Positions 49,075 to 59,092 of a stretch of 64,000 nt of DNA are shown here, piece by piece (positions within the stretch are counted from its first letter, which is position 1; the number at the start of each line of letters is the position of its first letter). The position numbers were made by a program, and so were the translations under genes. This DNA is from Vicinamibacterales bacterium (GTDB lineage Bacteria > Acidobacteriota > Vicinamibacteria > Vicinamibacterales > UBA2999), in the NCBI GenBank assembly GCA_040081715.1, contig JBEBFY010000015.1, positions 14,505 through 78,504 on the forward strand, written 5' to 3'. The notes below the pieces were generated by a model that did no database searches, was not told where the DNA came from, and was given only the letters and a program-made list of their open reading frames with translations.

Positions 49075-50529
49075 TTGGTGGCACACATCCGACTCGCGAC
49101 CCGCTTCTTCACCGGCGTCCTGACGGCGCTCTTCCTGCTGACGGCTTCCAGCGCCTTCGCAGCCAACGACGCGATGGTGAAGCTCCTCGGCCTCCTGCGC
49201 GACCGAGGGGCCATCACGGTGCAGGAGTTCAACGAACTCGTCCTGCTGGCCGACCCGGCGGCTGCACCCGCGCCAGCCTCCGCACCGGTGCCGGCGACGA
49301 CGGCCAAGCCGGCCCAGGCTCCGCCCGAGACGATCACCGCCCGCGTGCAGGCGCTGGAGAAGGCCAATCACGACGGTGACGTCGTCAAGAAGGCACTGGC
49401 CGGCAAGTGGTACGAAAAGATCAGGTTGCGGGGGTACACCCAGTTCCGCTTCAGCGAAGTCTCGCAGGGCAGCGGCGAAACTCTCGAGATTCCCGCCGAC
49501 CGGTCGGTGGCGCCGGTCGAGACGTTCGGCATCCGCCGCGGCCGGTTCATCTTCAGCGGTGACGTCTCGGACCACTTCTATCTCTACGCGCAGTCGGACT
49601 TCAACGCGTCCACCGGCGCGCCCGACTATTCGCTGCAGATGCGCGACCTCTACGCCGACATCGCACTGGACAAGAAGAAGACGTGGCGCGTGCGTGCCGG
49701 GCAGTCCAAGGTGCCGTATGGGTTCTCGAACCTGCAGTCGAGCCAGAACCGGCTCGCCCTTGAGCGTCCCGACGCGTTCAACAGCGCCGCGGAAGGCGAG
49801 CGGGACCTGGGTGTGTATCTGATGTGGGCATCCACCGAGGCGCGGCAGCGGTTCAAGGACCTGGTGGATAAGGGCCTGAAGGGCTCGGGCGACTACGGCG
49901 TGACCGCCGTCGGCCTCTACAGCGGCCAGGGGCTGAACCGGTCCGACCTCAACGGTGAGCCACACCTGCTCGGCCGCGTGGCCTATCCCTTCAAGACCAA
50001 GGGTGGGAAGTACTGGGAGGTGGGCGTGCAGGCCCACAAGGGCAAGTTCGTCACCACCACGCAGGCGATCAGCACGGGCGGCGCGACGTTTACCCCCGCG
50101 CGGCCCGATGCGGGGGTGGCGGACGACCGCATTGGCGGAAGCTTCGTGCTCTATCCCCAGCCCGTGGGCATCGAGGCCGAATGGAACGTGGGGCGGGGGC
50201 CTGAGCTATCGGCCGATCGGCGGTCCATCACCGCGCAGCGCCTCCAGGGCGGCTACCTCCAGGCGAGCTTCCGGCACATGCGCAAGCAGGCCGTCTACAC
50301 GCCCTTTGTCCGCTGGCAGTACTTCGACGGAGGCCGGAAGTTCGCGCGCAACTCGCCCTGGGATCGCGTCAACGAGGCCGACTTCGGTGTCGAGCTGACG
50401 CCGGTGTCCGAGCTGGAGTTGACGCTGCTCTACACGCGGACCATCGAACGCACGCGCACCAGCACCTTCCCCTACGCGCCCGCGCGGGGAGCGGACCGCT
50501 TCGGCGTGCAGCTCCAGTTCAACTACTGA
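49075..50529 (+). CDS. phosphate-selective porin O/P-family outer membrane protein
   Basis: TTG 49075 or GTG 49078 start with signal peptide SSAFA-AN. The N-terminal helical/Pro-Ala linker, then KIRLRGYTQFRF and the terminal ...FGVQLQFNY, are typical of PF07396. Confidence 0.75.
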   Translation: MVAHIRLATRFFTGVLTALFLLTASSAFAANDAMVKLLGLLRDRGAITVQEFNELVLLADPAAAPAPASAPVPATTAKPAQAPPETITARVQALEKANHDGDVVKKALAGKWYEKIRLRGYTQFRFSEVSQGSGETLEIPADRSVAPVETFGIRRGRFIFSGDVSDHFYLYAQSDFNASTGAPDYSLQMRDLYADIALDKKKTWRVRAGQSKVPYGFSNLQSSQNRLALERPDAFNSAAEGERDLGVYLMWASTEARQRFKDLVDKGLKGSGDYGVTAVGLYSGQGLNRSDLNGEPHLLGRVAYPFKTKGGKYWEVGVQAHKGKFVTTTQAISTGGATFTPARPDAGVADDRIGGSFVLYPQPVGIEAEWNVGRGPELSADRRSITAQRLQGGYLQASFRHMRKQAVYTPFVRWQYFDGGRKFARNSPWDRVNEADFGVELTPVSELELTLLYTRTIERTRTSTFPYAPARGADRFGVQLQFNY

Positions 50530-50535
50530 CGGGAT

Positions 50536-51855
50536 TCAGGGCTGGAGGACCCCGTACTTGTCATAGCGCCTCGCGGCCTTGCGGGTGCCCTTATAGAGGA
50601 AGCGCTGCACCCGGTTGCCCGTGAGGCTCTCGCCCACATACAGGTTGTTCTTGCTGTCGGCCGCGATGGCGTGGGCGATGGTGAATTCGCCCCCCATCTG
50701 CCCGCCATTGCCGAACTCGCCGATGACCTGCAGGTCCGCGCGCCGCAGGATCCAGACCTTGTCGTTGCGGCCGTCAGCCACGAAGAGCCACCGCTGCTCG
50801 CGATCCTTGGAAAAGTTCAGGTCCAGCACGGTGCCACGCTGCGTCGACGGACGGATAAAGGCCTCCTTCACGAAGGTGCCGTCCTTCTTGAATACCTGGA
50901 TGCGTGAATTATTCCGGTCGCCCACGTAGAGCAGGCCGTCCTTGTCGAGGCGTGCCGAGTGCGCCACCGCGAACTGGGCGGGCGGAGGATCACTGGGGCT
51001 CCAGGTGAACGGGATCTTGCGCGGCGGCACCTTGTCGTCCGGCGGCTTGCCGTAGGCGCCCCAGTAGCGCTTGAAGGCACCCGTCTCCGAGTCGAACACG
51101 ATGACGCGACGGTTGCCGTAGCCGTCGGCGACGAAGACCTCGTTCGTGCCGGTATCCACGGCCACGCCCGCGATGTTGGCGCCGCCGCCGAGCACCTTCG
51201 TGTCGTGGCTGTCCACCTTGCCGCGCCCGGGCGCGTAGCCGACCTCCATCAGGAACTTGCCCTCGCGGGTGAACTTCATCAGGTGCGACCCGCCGAGCCA
51301 GACGTTGCCTTTGGCATCAACGGTCAGGCTGTGTTCCCCGCGCACCCAGTGATACGGGCGCGGTTCGAGGTTGATCCTCGGTGGCGCCGGGGACTTCGCG
51401 CTGTAAGTGGGGTCGTATCCCTTTGGCACCTTCTGGGGAGAACCCTGGTTAGTGGCGTCCGAGGCGGCGCCGGTTCCGCCACCGGCCCACTCGAACTCGG
51501 GGCCCGGCCCGCCGAAGCCCTGGAGGACGTTGCCTGCCGAGTCGAATTCCACGACGGCCGGGGGTGGCACGCAGCACTCGGATTCAGGTTGCGCGTAGGC
51601 GGCGTCGTCCTCGTGGCCGACAAGGACCGACCGCGGCCGGTTCAGCACCCAGACGTGGTCCTGCGCGTCCACGTCGATGCCGGCGACGTTGCCGAGCACC
51701 CACTTGTTGGGCAGGGGACGCTTGGGCCAGTAGGGATCCCATTCGTAGACCGGCACCTGATCATCCTTGGCCGGGTCCGGCGCCGCGTATGTGAGCCACG
51801 CGCCGAGCACCACCCCCACCGCCACAGCCGCCAGGGTCCATGTCTTCCGCAACAT
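50536..51855 (-). CDS. secreted NHL-repeat six-bladed beta-propeller protein
   Basis: Trimmed to ATG 51855 (GGGAGG SD 7 nt upstream). Repeated blades are present, e.g. VAVDTGTNEVFVADGYGNRRVIVFD, LLYVGDRNNSRIQVFKKDG and NLYVGESLTGNRVQRF. Confidence 0.8.
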   Translation of the reverse strand: MLRKTWTLAAVAVGVVLGAWLTYAAPDPAKDDQVPVYEWDPYWPKRPLPNKWVLGNVAGIDVDAQDHVWVLNRPRSVLVGHEDDAAYAQPESECCVPPPAVVEFDSAGNVLQGFGGPGPEFEWAGGGTGAASDATNQGSPQKVPKGYDPTYSAKSPAPPRINLEPRPYHWVRGEHSLTVDAKGNVWLGGSHLMKFTREGKFLMEVGYAPGRGKVDSHDTKVLGGGANIAGVAVDTGTNEVFVADGYGNRRVIVFDSETGAFKRYWGAYGKPPDDKVPPRKIPFTWSPSDPPPAQFAVAHSARLDKDGLLYVGDRNNSRIQVFKKDGTFVKEAFIRPSTQRGTVLDLNFSKDREQRWLFVADGRNDKVWILRRADLQVIGEFGNGGQMGGEFTIAHAIAADSKNNLYVGESLTGNRVQRFLYKGTRKAARRYDKYGVLQP

Positions 51856-52016
51856 CAGCGTGCCTCCCGTGTCGCGCACCATATTGTCCAGCAGGACCTT
51901 GAGTCAAACGCCCGCGCCCGTCGTCCGGTCCGGCAGAGCTTCGGGTTCGCCCGGGCGAGCCCTTGGGATCCCGGTATGCTTGGTGCCACGGGCTGCCAGG
52001 ACCCAGGAGGCTTCAG

Positions 52017-52937
52017 ATGGTGAAATTCGCGCACGTACTCTGTCCGACCGACCTCAGTGAGGCCTCGCTGCCGGCCTTCCGATACGCAGCGGCCGTGGCC
52101 CGGTGGTACGGGGCAACCCTCACGGTCCTGCACGTCGTCCCCAGCTTCGAGCCCATGGCTGGGCCGGCGGAGTGGATCGGGGATCCCCTGCCAGTGCCGC
52201 GCGTGCCCTCAGCAGAGGATGTGCGTGCCGAGATGGCCCGCCTGCTGCCCATGGATGAGGCGGACGGGATCACGGTGACGCTCGAAGCCCGTGCCGGCCA
52301 CGCGGCGTCAGTCATCGTCGACCAGGCGGTCGAGAGGTCAGCGGACCTCATCGTGATGGGGACCCACGGCCGAACCGGCTTCAGCCGTTTGCTGATGGGC
52401 TCCGTCGCCGAGAAGGTGGTCAGGCAGGCGCCCTGCCCGGTGTTGACCATTCCCCCGGTGGCGCCGGCCTCCAGGAAGGAGCGGCCTTCGTTCTCCCGCA
52501 TCCTCTGCCCGGTGGACTTCTCGCCCGCCTCCGAACAGGCCGTGGGCTTTGCACTGGACCTTGCCCGCCAGGCCGGCGGCGCCGTGACCATGCTGAGCGT
52601 GGTGGAGTGGCTGGCCGAGGAGGAACCGATCGCCGATGGGGACTTCGATGTCAGCGCGCTGCGTGCACAGATGGCGGATCAGGCGCGTCAGCGTCTGCAC
52701 GCGCTGCTCTCAGACGAGGCGCGGACCTGGTGCGACATCGAGGAGATAGTGACCTACGGCCGGGCGCATCGCGAGGTGATCCGGCTGGCCGCGGATCGGG
52801 GAGCCGACCTCATCGTGCTCGGCGCGCAGGGCCGCGGGGGCGTGGGGCTCGCGATCTTCGGATCCACCACGCAGCAGGTGATCCGTTCGGCAACCTGTCC
52901 GGTGCTGGTGGTGCACGCCCCGGGAACGCCGGTCTGA
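52017..52937 (+). CDS. tandem universal stress protein (2 x UspA domains)
   Basis: Trimmed to ATG 52017 (AGGAGG SD 6 nt upstream). The motif G.HGR.G..RL..GS(V/T)...V.R...CPVL.V occurs twice. Confidence 0.9.
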   Translation: MVKFAHVLCPTDLSEASLPAFRYAAAVARWYGATLTVLHVVPSFEPMAGPAEWIGDPLPVPRVPSAEDVRAEMARLLPMDEADGITVTLEARAGHAASVIVDQAVERSADLIVMGTHGRTGFSRLLMGSVAEKVVRQAPCPVLTIPPVAPASRKERPSFSRILCPVDFSPASEQAVGFALDLARQAGGAVTMLSVVEWLAEEEPIADGDFDVSALRAQMADQARQRLHALLSDEARTWCDIEEIVTYGRAHREVIRLAADRGADLIVLGAQGRGGVGLAIFGSTTQQVIRSATCPVLVVHAPGTPV

Positions 52938-52966
52938 CGGCCGGCGTGTCATCCGAGGCAGGCACC

Positions 52967-54196
52967 ATGGACGCCCTTCAGACCGTCAACCGCCACGTCA
53001 CGGACGCCGCGCGCCTCCTCGGGCTCGACGATGCGTTGACGGAGTTTCTCCTGACGCCGGATCGACAGCTGCGTGTCGAAGTGCCGATCATCCGGGATAA
53101 CGGACACCTGCACAGCTTCATCGGCTACCGGGTGCAGCACAACGATGCCCGCGGGCCCTTCAAGGGCGGCCTGCGCTATCACCCGTCGGTGACCGACTCG
53201 GAGGTGACGGCGCTGGCGTCACTGATGACGTGGAAGACCGCCGTGCTCGATGTGCCGTTCGGCGGCGCGAAGGGCGGCATCCAGGTTGACGTGGCGCAGT
53301 TGTCGAAGCCGGAGCTGGAGCGGCTGACCCGCCGTTTCACCGACATCATCGACCCCATCATTGGTCCCAACATCGACATCCCTGCGCCGGACGTGGCCAC
53401 CAACGCGCAGACGATGGCGTGGATCATGGACCAGTACTCCCGCCGCCACGGCTACTCGCCGGCGTGCGTCACCGGCAAGCCGGTGGCACTGGGTGGCTCT
53501 GAAGGCCGGAGCGAGGCCACCGGACGTGGCGTTGCGATCTGCGTGCGCGAAGCCTGCCGTACCCTCGGCATCGACCTGACGGCTGCGCGCGTGGCCATCC
53601 AGGGCTTCGGCAACGTCGGCTCGAATGCGGCGACGCTGCTCGGCGCGATGGGGGCCACCATCGTGGCCCTCAGTGACAGCTCCGGTGGCCGCTTCAGCCC
53701 GGGCGGACTCGATCCGGCGGGCATGGCGCAGGCCAAGGCCGATGGCGCCTCGATTCGCGACTATCCCGCAGGCGAGGCCGTGACCAACGCAGAGCTGCTG
53801 ACGCTCGATTGCGACGTGCTGATTCCCGCCGCGATGGAGGATGTGTTCACCCCGGAGATCGCGTCCGCGGTGAAAGCCCGGATGGTCGTGGAGGCCGCCA
53901 ACGCCCCGACCGCGTTCGAGGCGGATGCCGTGTTCGCGGAGCGGGGCATCACCGTGGTGCCCGACATCCTCGCCAACGCGGGAGGCGTGACGGTCAGTTA
54001 TTTCGAGTGGGTGCAGAACCTGCAGCAGTTCCGTTGGGAACTGGCCGACGTGAATGAGAAGCTCGAGCGCCGGATAACCGCTGCCTTTCGGGCGGTGACG
54101 GACAAGGCGGCCGAGCACCACACCACCCTCCGCCAGGGCGCATTCCTGCTGGCGCTTGACCGTGTGGCCGCTGCCACGCGGCTGCGGGGGTTCTGA
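52967..54196 (+). CDS. gdhA: NAD(P)-dependent glutamate dehydrogenase
   Basis: Trimmed to ATG 52967. KGGLRYHP, PFGGAKGGI, GFGNVG Rossmann loop and ANAGGVTVSYFEWVQN motifs are present. Confidence 0.95.
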   Translation: MDALQTVNRHVTDAARLLGLDDALTEFLLTPDRQLRVEVPIIRDNGHLHSFIGYRVQHNDARGPFKGGLRYHPSVTDSEVTALASLMTWKTAVLDVPFGGAKGGIQVDVAQLSKPELERLTRRFTDIIDPIIGPNIDIPAPDVATNAQTMAWIMDQYSRRHGYSPACVTGKPVALGGSEGRSEATGRGVAICVREACRTLGIDLTAARVAIQGFGNVGSNAATLLGAMGATIVALSDSSGGRFSPGGLDPAGMAQAKADGASIRDYPAGEAVTNAELLTLDCDVLIPAAMEDVFTPEIASAVKARMVVEAANAPTAFEADAVFAERGITVVPDILANAGGVTVSYFEWVQNLQQFRWELADVNEKLERRITAAFRAVTDKAAEHHTTLRQGAFLLALDRVAAATRLRGF

Positions 54197-54203
54197 GCCG
54201 CGC

Positions 54204-55490
54204 ATGCCAGGCACGACCGCCGCCCAGGCGGTGTCGCTCGTCAAGCCCGGCGATCGGGTGTTCCTGCACGGCAGCGCCGCCACGCCCCTCACGCTGGTGC
54301 ACGCCCTCTTCGACCGCGCCAGCGAACTGCGCGACGTGGAGCTCGTCAGCGTCAGTACCATGGGCGACCTCGGCCTCGACCGGCCCGGCGTGCGCGACGC
54401 CTTCTTCGTCAACGCGCTCTTCGTGTCCGCCAACGTGCGGGCCGTCGTAGACACCGACCGCGGAGACTACGTGCCGGTCTTCCTCAGTGAGATTCCCCGG
54501 TTGTTCGAGGCCGGCATCCTGCCGGTGGACGTGGCCCTGGTGCACGTGTCACCGCCAGACCGCCACGGGTACTGTTCGCTCGGCGTGAGCGTGGACGTGG
54601 CGCGGTCGGCGGTCGTGCACGCGAAGACGGTCGTGGCGCAGGTCAATCCGCACATGCCACGGACCCATGGCGACGGACACGTGCACGTGAGCCGGTTCGC
54701 CGCGATGGTGGACGTGGACGACCCGCTGCCCGAGGTGGATTACGGCACCCGCATCGGCGCCTGCGAGCGCGCGATCGCCGAGCGGTGTGCGGGGCTCATC
54801 GAGGATGGCGCGACGCTGCAGGTGGGCATCGGCGCCATTCCCGACGCCATCCTTGGCGCCCTGGAGCATCACCGCGACCTCGGCGTACACACCGAGATGT
54901 GCTCGAACGGCATCCTGCCCCTCATTCAGAAGGGCGTCATCACCAACCGGATGAAGCGGAAGCATCCGGGCCGTGTCGTCACCAGCTTCGCGCTCGGCAC
55001 CAGGGCGCTCTACGACCTGTTTCACGACAACCCGGACTTCGCGTTTCTCGACGCGCAGTATGTGAACGACGGCAACGTGATCGCGAAGAACCCGAAGGTG
55101 GTGGCCGTCAATAGCGCCATTGAGATGGACCTCACCGGGCAGGTCTGCGCCGACAGCATCGGCACGTTTCAGTTCAGCGGCGTGGGCGGGCAGATGGACT
55201 TCATGCGCGGCGCCGCCCTCAGTGACGGCGGCAAGCCGATCATCGCGATGGCCTCGGTCACCGCGAAGGGCGCGAGCAAGATCGTGCCCTTCCTCAAGCA
55301 GGGCGCCGGCGTGGTCACCACGCGGGCGCATGTGCACTGGGTGGTGACGGAGCACGGCACGGCCTATCTCTACGGCAAGAATCTGCGGCAGCGGGCCGAG
55401 GCGCTCATTGCCGTGGCCCATCCGAATCACCGCGAGGCCCTCTCACGCGCCGCCAGGGAACGGTTCGGGTCGAAGAACGAGGGTGCCTGA
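54204..55490 (+). CDS. acetyl-CoA hydrolase/transferase family protein (4-hydroxybutyrate CoA-transferase-like)
   Basis: Trimmed to ATG 54204. The ...EMCSNG..., GTFQFSGVGGQMDFMRGA and HWVVTEHG patterns are present. Confidence 0.9.
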   Translation: MPGTTAAQAVSLVKPGDRVFLHGSAATPLTLVHALFDRASELRDVELVSVSTMGDLGLDRPGVRDAFFVNALFVSANVRAVVDTDRGDYVPVFLSEIPRLFEAGILPVDVALVHVSPPDRHGYCSLGVSVDVARSAVVHAKTVVAQVNPHMPRTHGDGHVHVSRFAAMVDVDDPLPEVDYGTRIGACERAIAERCAGLIEDGATLQVGIGAIPDAILGALEHHRDLGVHTEMCSNGILPLIQKGVITNRMKRKHPGRVVTSFALGTRALYDLFHDNPDFAFLDAQYVNDGNVIAKNPKVVAVNSAIEMDLTGQVCADSIGTFQFSGVGGQMDFMRGAALSDGGKPIIAMASVTAKGASKIVPFLKQGAGVVTTRAHVHWVVTEHGTAYLYGKNLRQRAEALIAVAHPNHREALSRAARERFGSKNEGA

Positions 55491-55503
55491 CCCCATCCAG
55501 AGC

Positions 55504-56919
55504 GTGACGACTCCCGTGGACGGCGCGCCGCTCGAACAGCAGCTTGAAGAGCAGATCGCCCAGTGGCGGATGTACCTGCGCCGCCGAAGGGTCATCCACG
55601 GCCCCGACGTGGCCGAACTGGAAGGCCACCTCCGCGACCAGTTGGCCGCCCTCACGGAGGCGGGCCTCGCGGCGGACGAAGCCTTCTTCGTCGCGGTCAA
55701 GCGCATGGGCAGCCTCGACGCGCTGTCGCGTGAGTTCGCGCGTGAGCACTCCGAACGACTGTGGAAGCAACTGGTCATCGCCCCCGATGCGGCCGATGCC
55801 GCGCCGGACACCGCACGCACCGAGGCACTCGTCGTCCTGGGCCTCGCCGTCGCCGCGGCGGTGGCGGTCAAGGTGCCGGAACTGTTCGGTGTGCACCTCG
55901 ACCCTGATGCCGAGTTGCCGCTGTTCTACTTCCGGAACGCCACGCTGTTTGTCTTCCCGCTGCTCGCCGTCTATTTCGTGTGGAAGCGGCGGCTGGACGC
56001 GGTCAGCGCCCTATGGCTGGCGCTTCCGTTCGTGGCCGGGGCGGTGTTCGCCAACGCCTACCCATGGAAGACCGTTGTCATCAACAACGCGCCGAAGGTC
56101 AGCGACACGGCGCTGCTGACCGTGCTGCATCTGCCCATCGCGCTCTGGCTGGCCGTCGGCGTCGCGTATGTCCGAGGCCGCTGGTTCGACGAGGGCGGAC
56201 GCATGAACTTCGTCCGGTTCTCGGGCGAGCTGGCCATCTACTACGTGCTCATCGCGCTCGGCGGCGGCGTCCTGGCCGGCTTCACGGCCATGCTGTTCAA
56301 GGCGATCGGGATCAACGCCGGGCCGTTCATCGGGCCCTGGCTGATGCCGTGCGGAGCGGCGGCGGCTGTCATCGTCGGATCCTGGCTGGTCGAAGCGAAG
56401 CAGAGCGTCATCGAGAACATGGCGCCGGTACTGACCCGGCTGTTCACGCCGCTGTTCACCGTGCTGCTGCTGATGTTCCTCGCCACGATGGCGTGGACGG
56501 GCAGCCCCATCGACGTGAAGCGGGAAGTGCTGATCGGCTTCGACCTGCTGCTGGCGGCCGTCGTCGGGCTGGTGCTCTACGCCGCCTCCGCACGCGACCC
56601 GCAGGCACCGCCCGACTTGTTCGATGGCCTGCAGCTGCTCCTCATCGTGAGCGCACTGGTGGTCGACGTCGTGGCGCTTGCCGCCATCGCCTCACGGCTC
56701 TCGGAGTTCGGCCTCACGCCCAACCGGGTGGCGGCGCTCGGTGAGAACCTCATTCTGCTCGTCAACCTGGGATGGTCGGCGTGGCTCTACGCAGGCTTCC
56801 TGCGCCGCCGGGGCACGTTTGCTGCGTTGGAGTGCTGGCAAGTCGCCTACCTGCCCGTGTACTCGGCATGGGCGGCGCTCGTGGTTGTCGTCTTCCCGCC
56901 AGTGTTCGGCTACCGGTGA
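55504..56919 (+). CDS. polytopic membrane protein with N-terminal 'permease-prefix'/HAAS-like helical domain
   Basis: GTG 55504 lies just after the upstream stop. The N-terminus (WRMYLRRRR...VAELEGHLRDQLAALTEAGLAADEAFFVAVKRMGS.DALSREF) is followed by about 10 hydrophobic helices. The family assignment is from memory only. Confidence 0.62.
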   Translation: MTTPVDGAPLEQQLEEQIAQWRMYLRRRRVIHGPDVAELEGHLRDQLAALTEAGLAADEAFFVAVKRMGSLDALSREFAREHSERLWKQLVIAPDAADAAPDTARTEALVVLGLAVAAAVAVKVPELFGVHLDPDAELPLFYFRNATLFVFPLLAVYFVWKRRLDAVSALWLALPFVAGAVFANAYPWKTVVINNAPKVSDTALLTVLHLPIALWLAVGVAYVRGRWFDEGGRMNFVRFSGELAIYYVLIALGGGVLAGFTAMLFKAIGINAGPFIGPWLMPCGAAAAVIVGSWLVEAKQSVIENMAPVLTRLFTPLFTVLLLMFLATMAWTGSPIDVKREVLIGFDLLLAAVVGLVLYAASARDPQAPPDLFDGLQLLLIVSALVVDVVALAAIASRLSEFGLTPNRVAALGENLILLVNLGWSAWLYAGFLRRRGTFAALECWQVAYLPVYSAWAALVVVVFPPVFGYR

Positions 56920-56961
56920 TGCCTCCAACGGGCACCGCACGGGCGCCCGGGCCTTTGGCTC

Positions 56962-56979
56962 GTCGCACTAATGTGCGAC
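56962..56979 (+). promoter_or_regulatory. perfect 7-4-7 inverted repeat, candidate antitoxin operator
   Basis: GTCGCAC-taat-GTGCGAC ends 10 nt upstream of the AbrB-type antitoxin ATG (56989). Confidence 0.4.
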
Positions 56980-56988
56980 GATGACCCT

Positions 56989-57216
56989 ATGACCAAGGCA
57001 GTCACGCTCCGTCAGGCCGGGGGCTCTGTCAGCGCCACCCTTCCCAAGGACATGGCCGACCGCCTGCGCCTGGAAGCCGGTGATCGCGTACTCGCGGTTG
57101 AAACCGACCAGGGAATCCTGCTCACGCCATACGACCCCGAAACACAGCGAGCGCTGACGGTGGCCGCAGGCGTCGCCAAGAAGTATCGCAACGCCCTCCG
57201 CGAACTGGCGAAGTAG
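56989..57216 (+). CDS. AbrB/MazE/SpoVT-family antitoxin
   Basis: 75 aa. VTLRQAGGSVSATLPKDMADRLRLEAGDRV is the swapped-hairpin SpoVT/AbrB motif. Its stop lies 2 nt before the Doc gene. Confidence 0.85.
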   Translation: MTKAVTLRQAGGSVSATLPKDMADRLRLEAGDRVLAVETDQGILLTPYDPETQRALTVAAGVAKKYRNALRELAK

Positions 57217-57218
57217 TC

Positions 57219-57623
57219 ATGGCGGCGCGTCGTCCTGAGCCGATGTGGCTCACACGCATCGTCGTGGATGCCATCCACAACGATCAGCTTCGCGAGCACG
57301 GTGGACTCCCCGGAGTCCGGGACGAGAACGTGCTGGAGTCGGCACTCGCCCGCGCGCAGCAGAAGTGGCACTACGCCGAAGATCGCGCCATCCCCAGTTT
57401 GGCGGCCGCCTACGCATTCGGCCTGGTCAGGAACCATCCCTATCGTGACGGCAACAAGCGCATCGGCCTCCTGGCCATGGCGACGTTCCTCGGATTGAAC
57501 GGCCATGAACTGACCGCCACCGAAGGCGAGGTTATCCACGCGATCGTTGCGTTGGCCTCCGGCACGACCAGCGAAGAGGCCTTTTCGAACTGGGTGACGG
57601 AACACAGCCGCAAGGCCGACTGA
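57219..57623 (+). CDS. doc: Doc (death-on-curing) Fic-domain toxin
   Basis: GG.PGVRDENVLESALARAQ and the Doc-variant Fic motif HPYRDGNKRIG are present. Confidence 0.9.
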   Translation: MAARRPEPMWLTRIVVDAIHNDQLREHGGLPGVRDENVLESALARAQQKWHYAEDRAIPSLAAAYAFGLVRNHPYRDGNKRIGLLAMATFLGLNGHELTATEGEVIHAIVALASGTTSEEAFSNWVTEHSRKAD

Positions 57624-57692
57624 GCCAAAGGCCTTCCTATCTGATTGAAACATCGCGGTCCTTGGAGCTACCCTCTCGGCACCTCCAAACAC

Positions 57693-59090
57693 ATGACCAC
57701 ACACACATTCGTTCTGAGCGGCGTGCTGGCAGCCGGGCTCGCCAGCGCGTTTGCCCTCGCCCCTCGCACCGCCGCGCAGCAAGCCGCGGCATCGACATGG
57801 AACGGCGCATTCACCGAGGCGCAGGCCACACGCGGCGATGCGCTGTTCGGCCGCTTCTGCGCCAATTGCCACAGCCGGGATCTCGCCGGCGGTGACCGCG
57901 GACCGGCAGTCGCAGGACCAGGCTTCAGCGCGAAGTGGAGCGCGAAGCCGGTCATCGAGCTGCTGGGCTACATCCAGGGCGCCATGCCGCTGAACGGCCC
58001 CGGCACGGTCGGCCGGCAGCAGAACGCCGACATCCTCGCGTTCATGTTGAAGAAGAGTGGTGCGACGGCTGGCGCCAAGGATCTCGCGCCATTCCCAGGC
58101 CCCGAGCCGCTCGAAGCGGCCGCACCGCCGCCCCCGGGACCGGTGGCGACACCGGTGACCACCCGCCTCGACGCCTACTACACCGAGAGCCAGGCGGCCC
58201 GCGGCAAGGCCGCGTTCAACAGGAACTGCCTCTACTGCCACGGCGTCGATCCGAAGCGCTCGACGCCGGCGGATCTCGTGTTCGCGCTGCCGAGCTCGTT
58301 CGCGGGCCACTTCCTCGAGCGCATCGTCAACGACAAGCGGGTGTATCCGAGCGTCTACGTGCTCTACAGCAAGTTTCAGAGCATGCCCGCCACCGACACG
58401 CGCTCGATCACCAATCAGAACCGGGTCGATATCGCGGCCTACATCCTTCAGGCGAACGGCTATCCCGCCGGTGCGACGGAGATCCCGGTTGACGCCGACG
58501 CGATGCGGCTGATGAATCTGAACGAGCCGGGTTTTGAACCGGTCTTCAACGGGAAGGACATGACCGGCCTGCGGTTCCGGTACGGCAACCTCAACGCGCC
58601 GCCGCCAGGCCAGCTCACGATCGAGAACGGCGTGATGGCCTGCGCGTGCAACGCCCACGGCGAGTGGGAAACCGTGAAGCGCTACAAGGACTTCATCCTG
58701 AAGTTCGACATGCGCTTCGAGCGTCCGGCCGACTGGTCCGGAGACGATGAGCTGTTCAGCGGCGGCAGCGGCATCTACATCCTCGGGCGGCCCACCGGCA
58801 ACGGCAGCATCGAAGTGGAAGGGCGGCACCGCGACTTCCTGCAGCTCTTCGCCATCGGCGGCAAGGCGACGTGGACGCAGGATCTCGACGCCAAGCGCCG
58901 CGCGATCCGTCCCCTGGGCGAGTGGAACTCCGTGGAGATCGTCTCCAAGGGGCAGACGGTCAAGGTGTTCCTCAATGGCACGCTGGTGACGACCGCCACC
59001 GACCATGACTACACCGCGCCGGGACACATCAGGTTCCAATCCCAGGGCGCGAAGATGTACTGGCGCAACGTTCGCGTCCGGCCGGAGTAG
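57693..59090 (+). CDS. dihaem cytochrome c fused to DUF1080 (3-keto-disaccharide-hydrolase-like) domain
   Basis: Trimmed to ATG 57693 (signal peptide). It has two haem sites (CANCH, CLYCH) separated by a Pro/Ala linker. The C-terminal GFEPVFNGKDMTGL...YKDFILKFDMRFE...WNSVEIVSKGQTVKVFLNG...G.IRFQSQGAKMYWRNVRVRP is DUF1080-like. It is a paralogue of 41196..42805. Confidence 0.83.
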   Translation: MTTHTFVLSGVLAAGLASAFALAPRTAAQQAAASTWNGAFTEAQATRGDALFGRFCANCHSRDLAGGDRGPAVAGPGFSAKWSAKPVIELLGYIQGAMPLNGPGTVGRQQNADILAFMLKKSGATAGAKDLAPFPGPEPLEAAAPPPPGPVATPVTTRLDAYYTESQAARGKAAFNRNCLYCHGVDPKRSTPADLVFALPSSFAGHFLERIVNDKRVYPSVYVLYSKFQSMPATDTRSITNQNRVDIAAYILQANGYPAGATEIPVDADAMRLMNLNEPGFEPVFNGKDMTGLRFRYGNLNAPPPGQLTIENGVMACACNAHGEWETVKRYKDFILKFDMRFERPADWSGDDELFSGGSGIYILGRPTGNGSIEVEGRHRDFLQLFAIGGKATWTQDLDAKRRAIRPLGEWNSVEIVSKGQTVKVFLNGTLVTTATDHDYTAPGHIRFQSQGAKMYWRNVRVRPE

Positions 59091-59092
59091 CC

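Noticed and set aside
57012-59039. A 675-aa minus-strand ORF spanning the Doc TA pair and the dihaem::DUF1080 gene.
   Set aside because: It is antisense to three well-supported + strand genes and has no recognisable domain.
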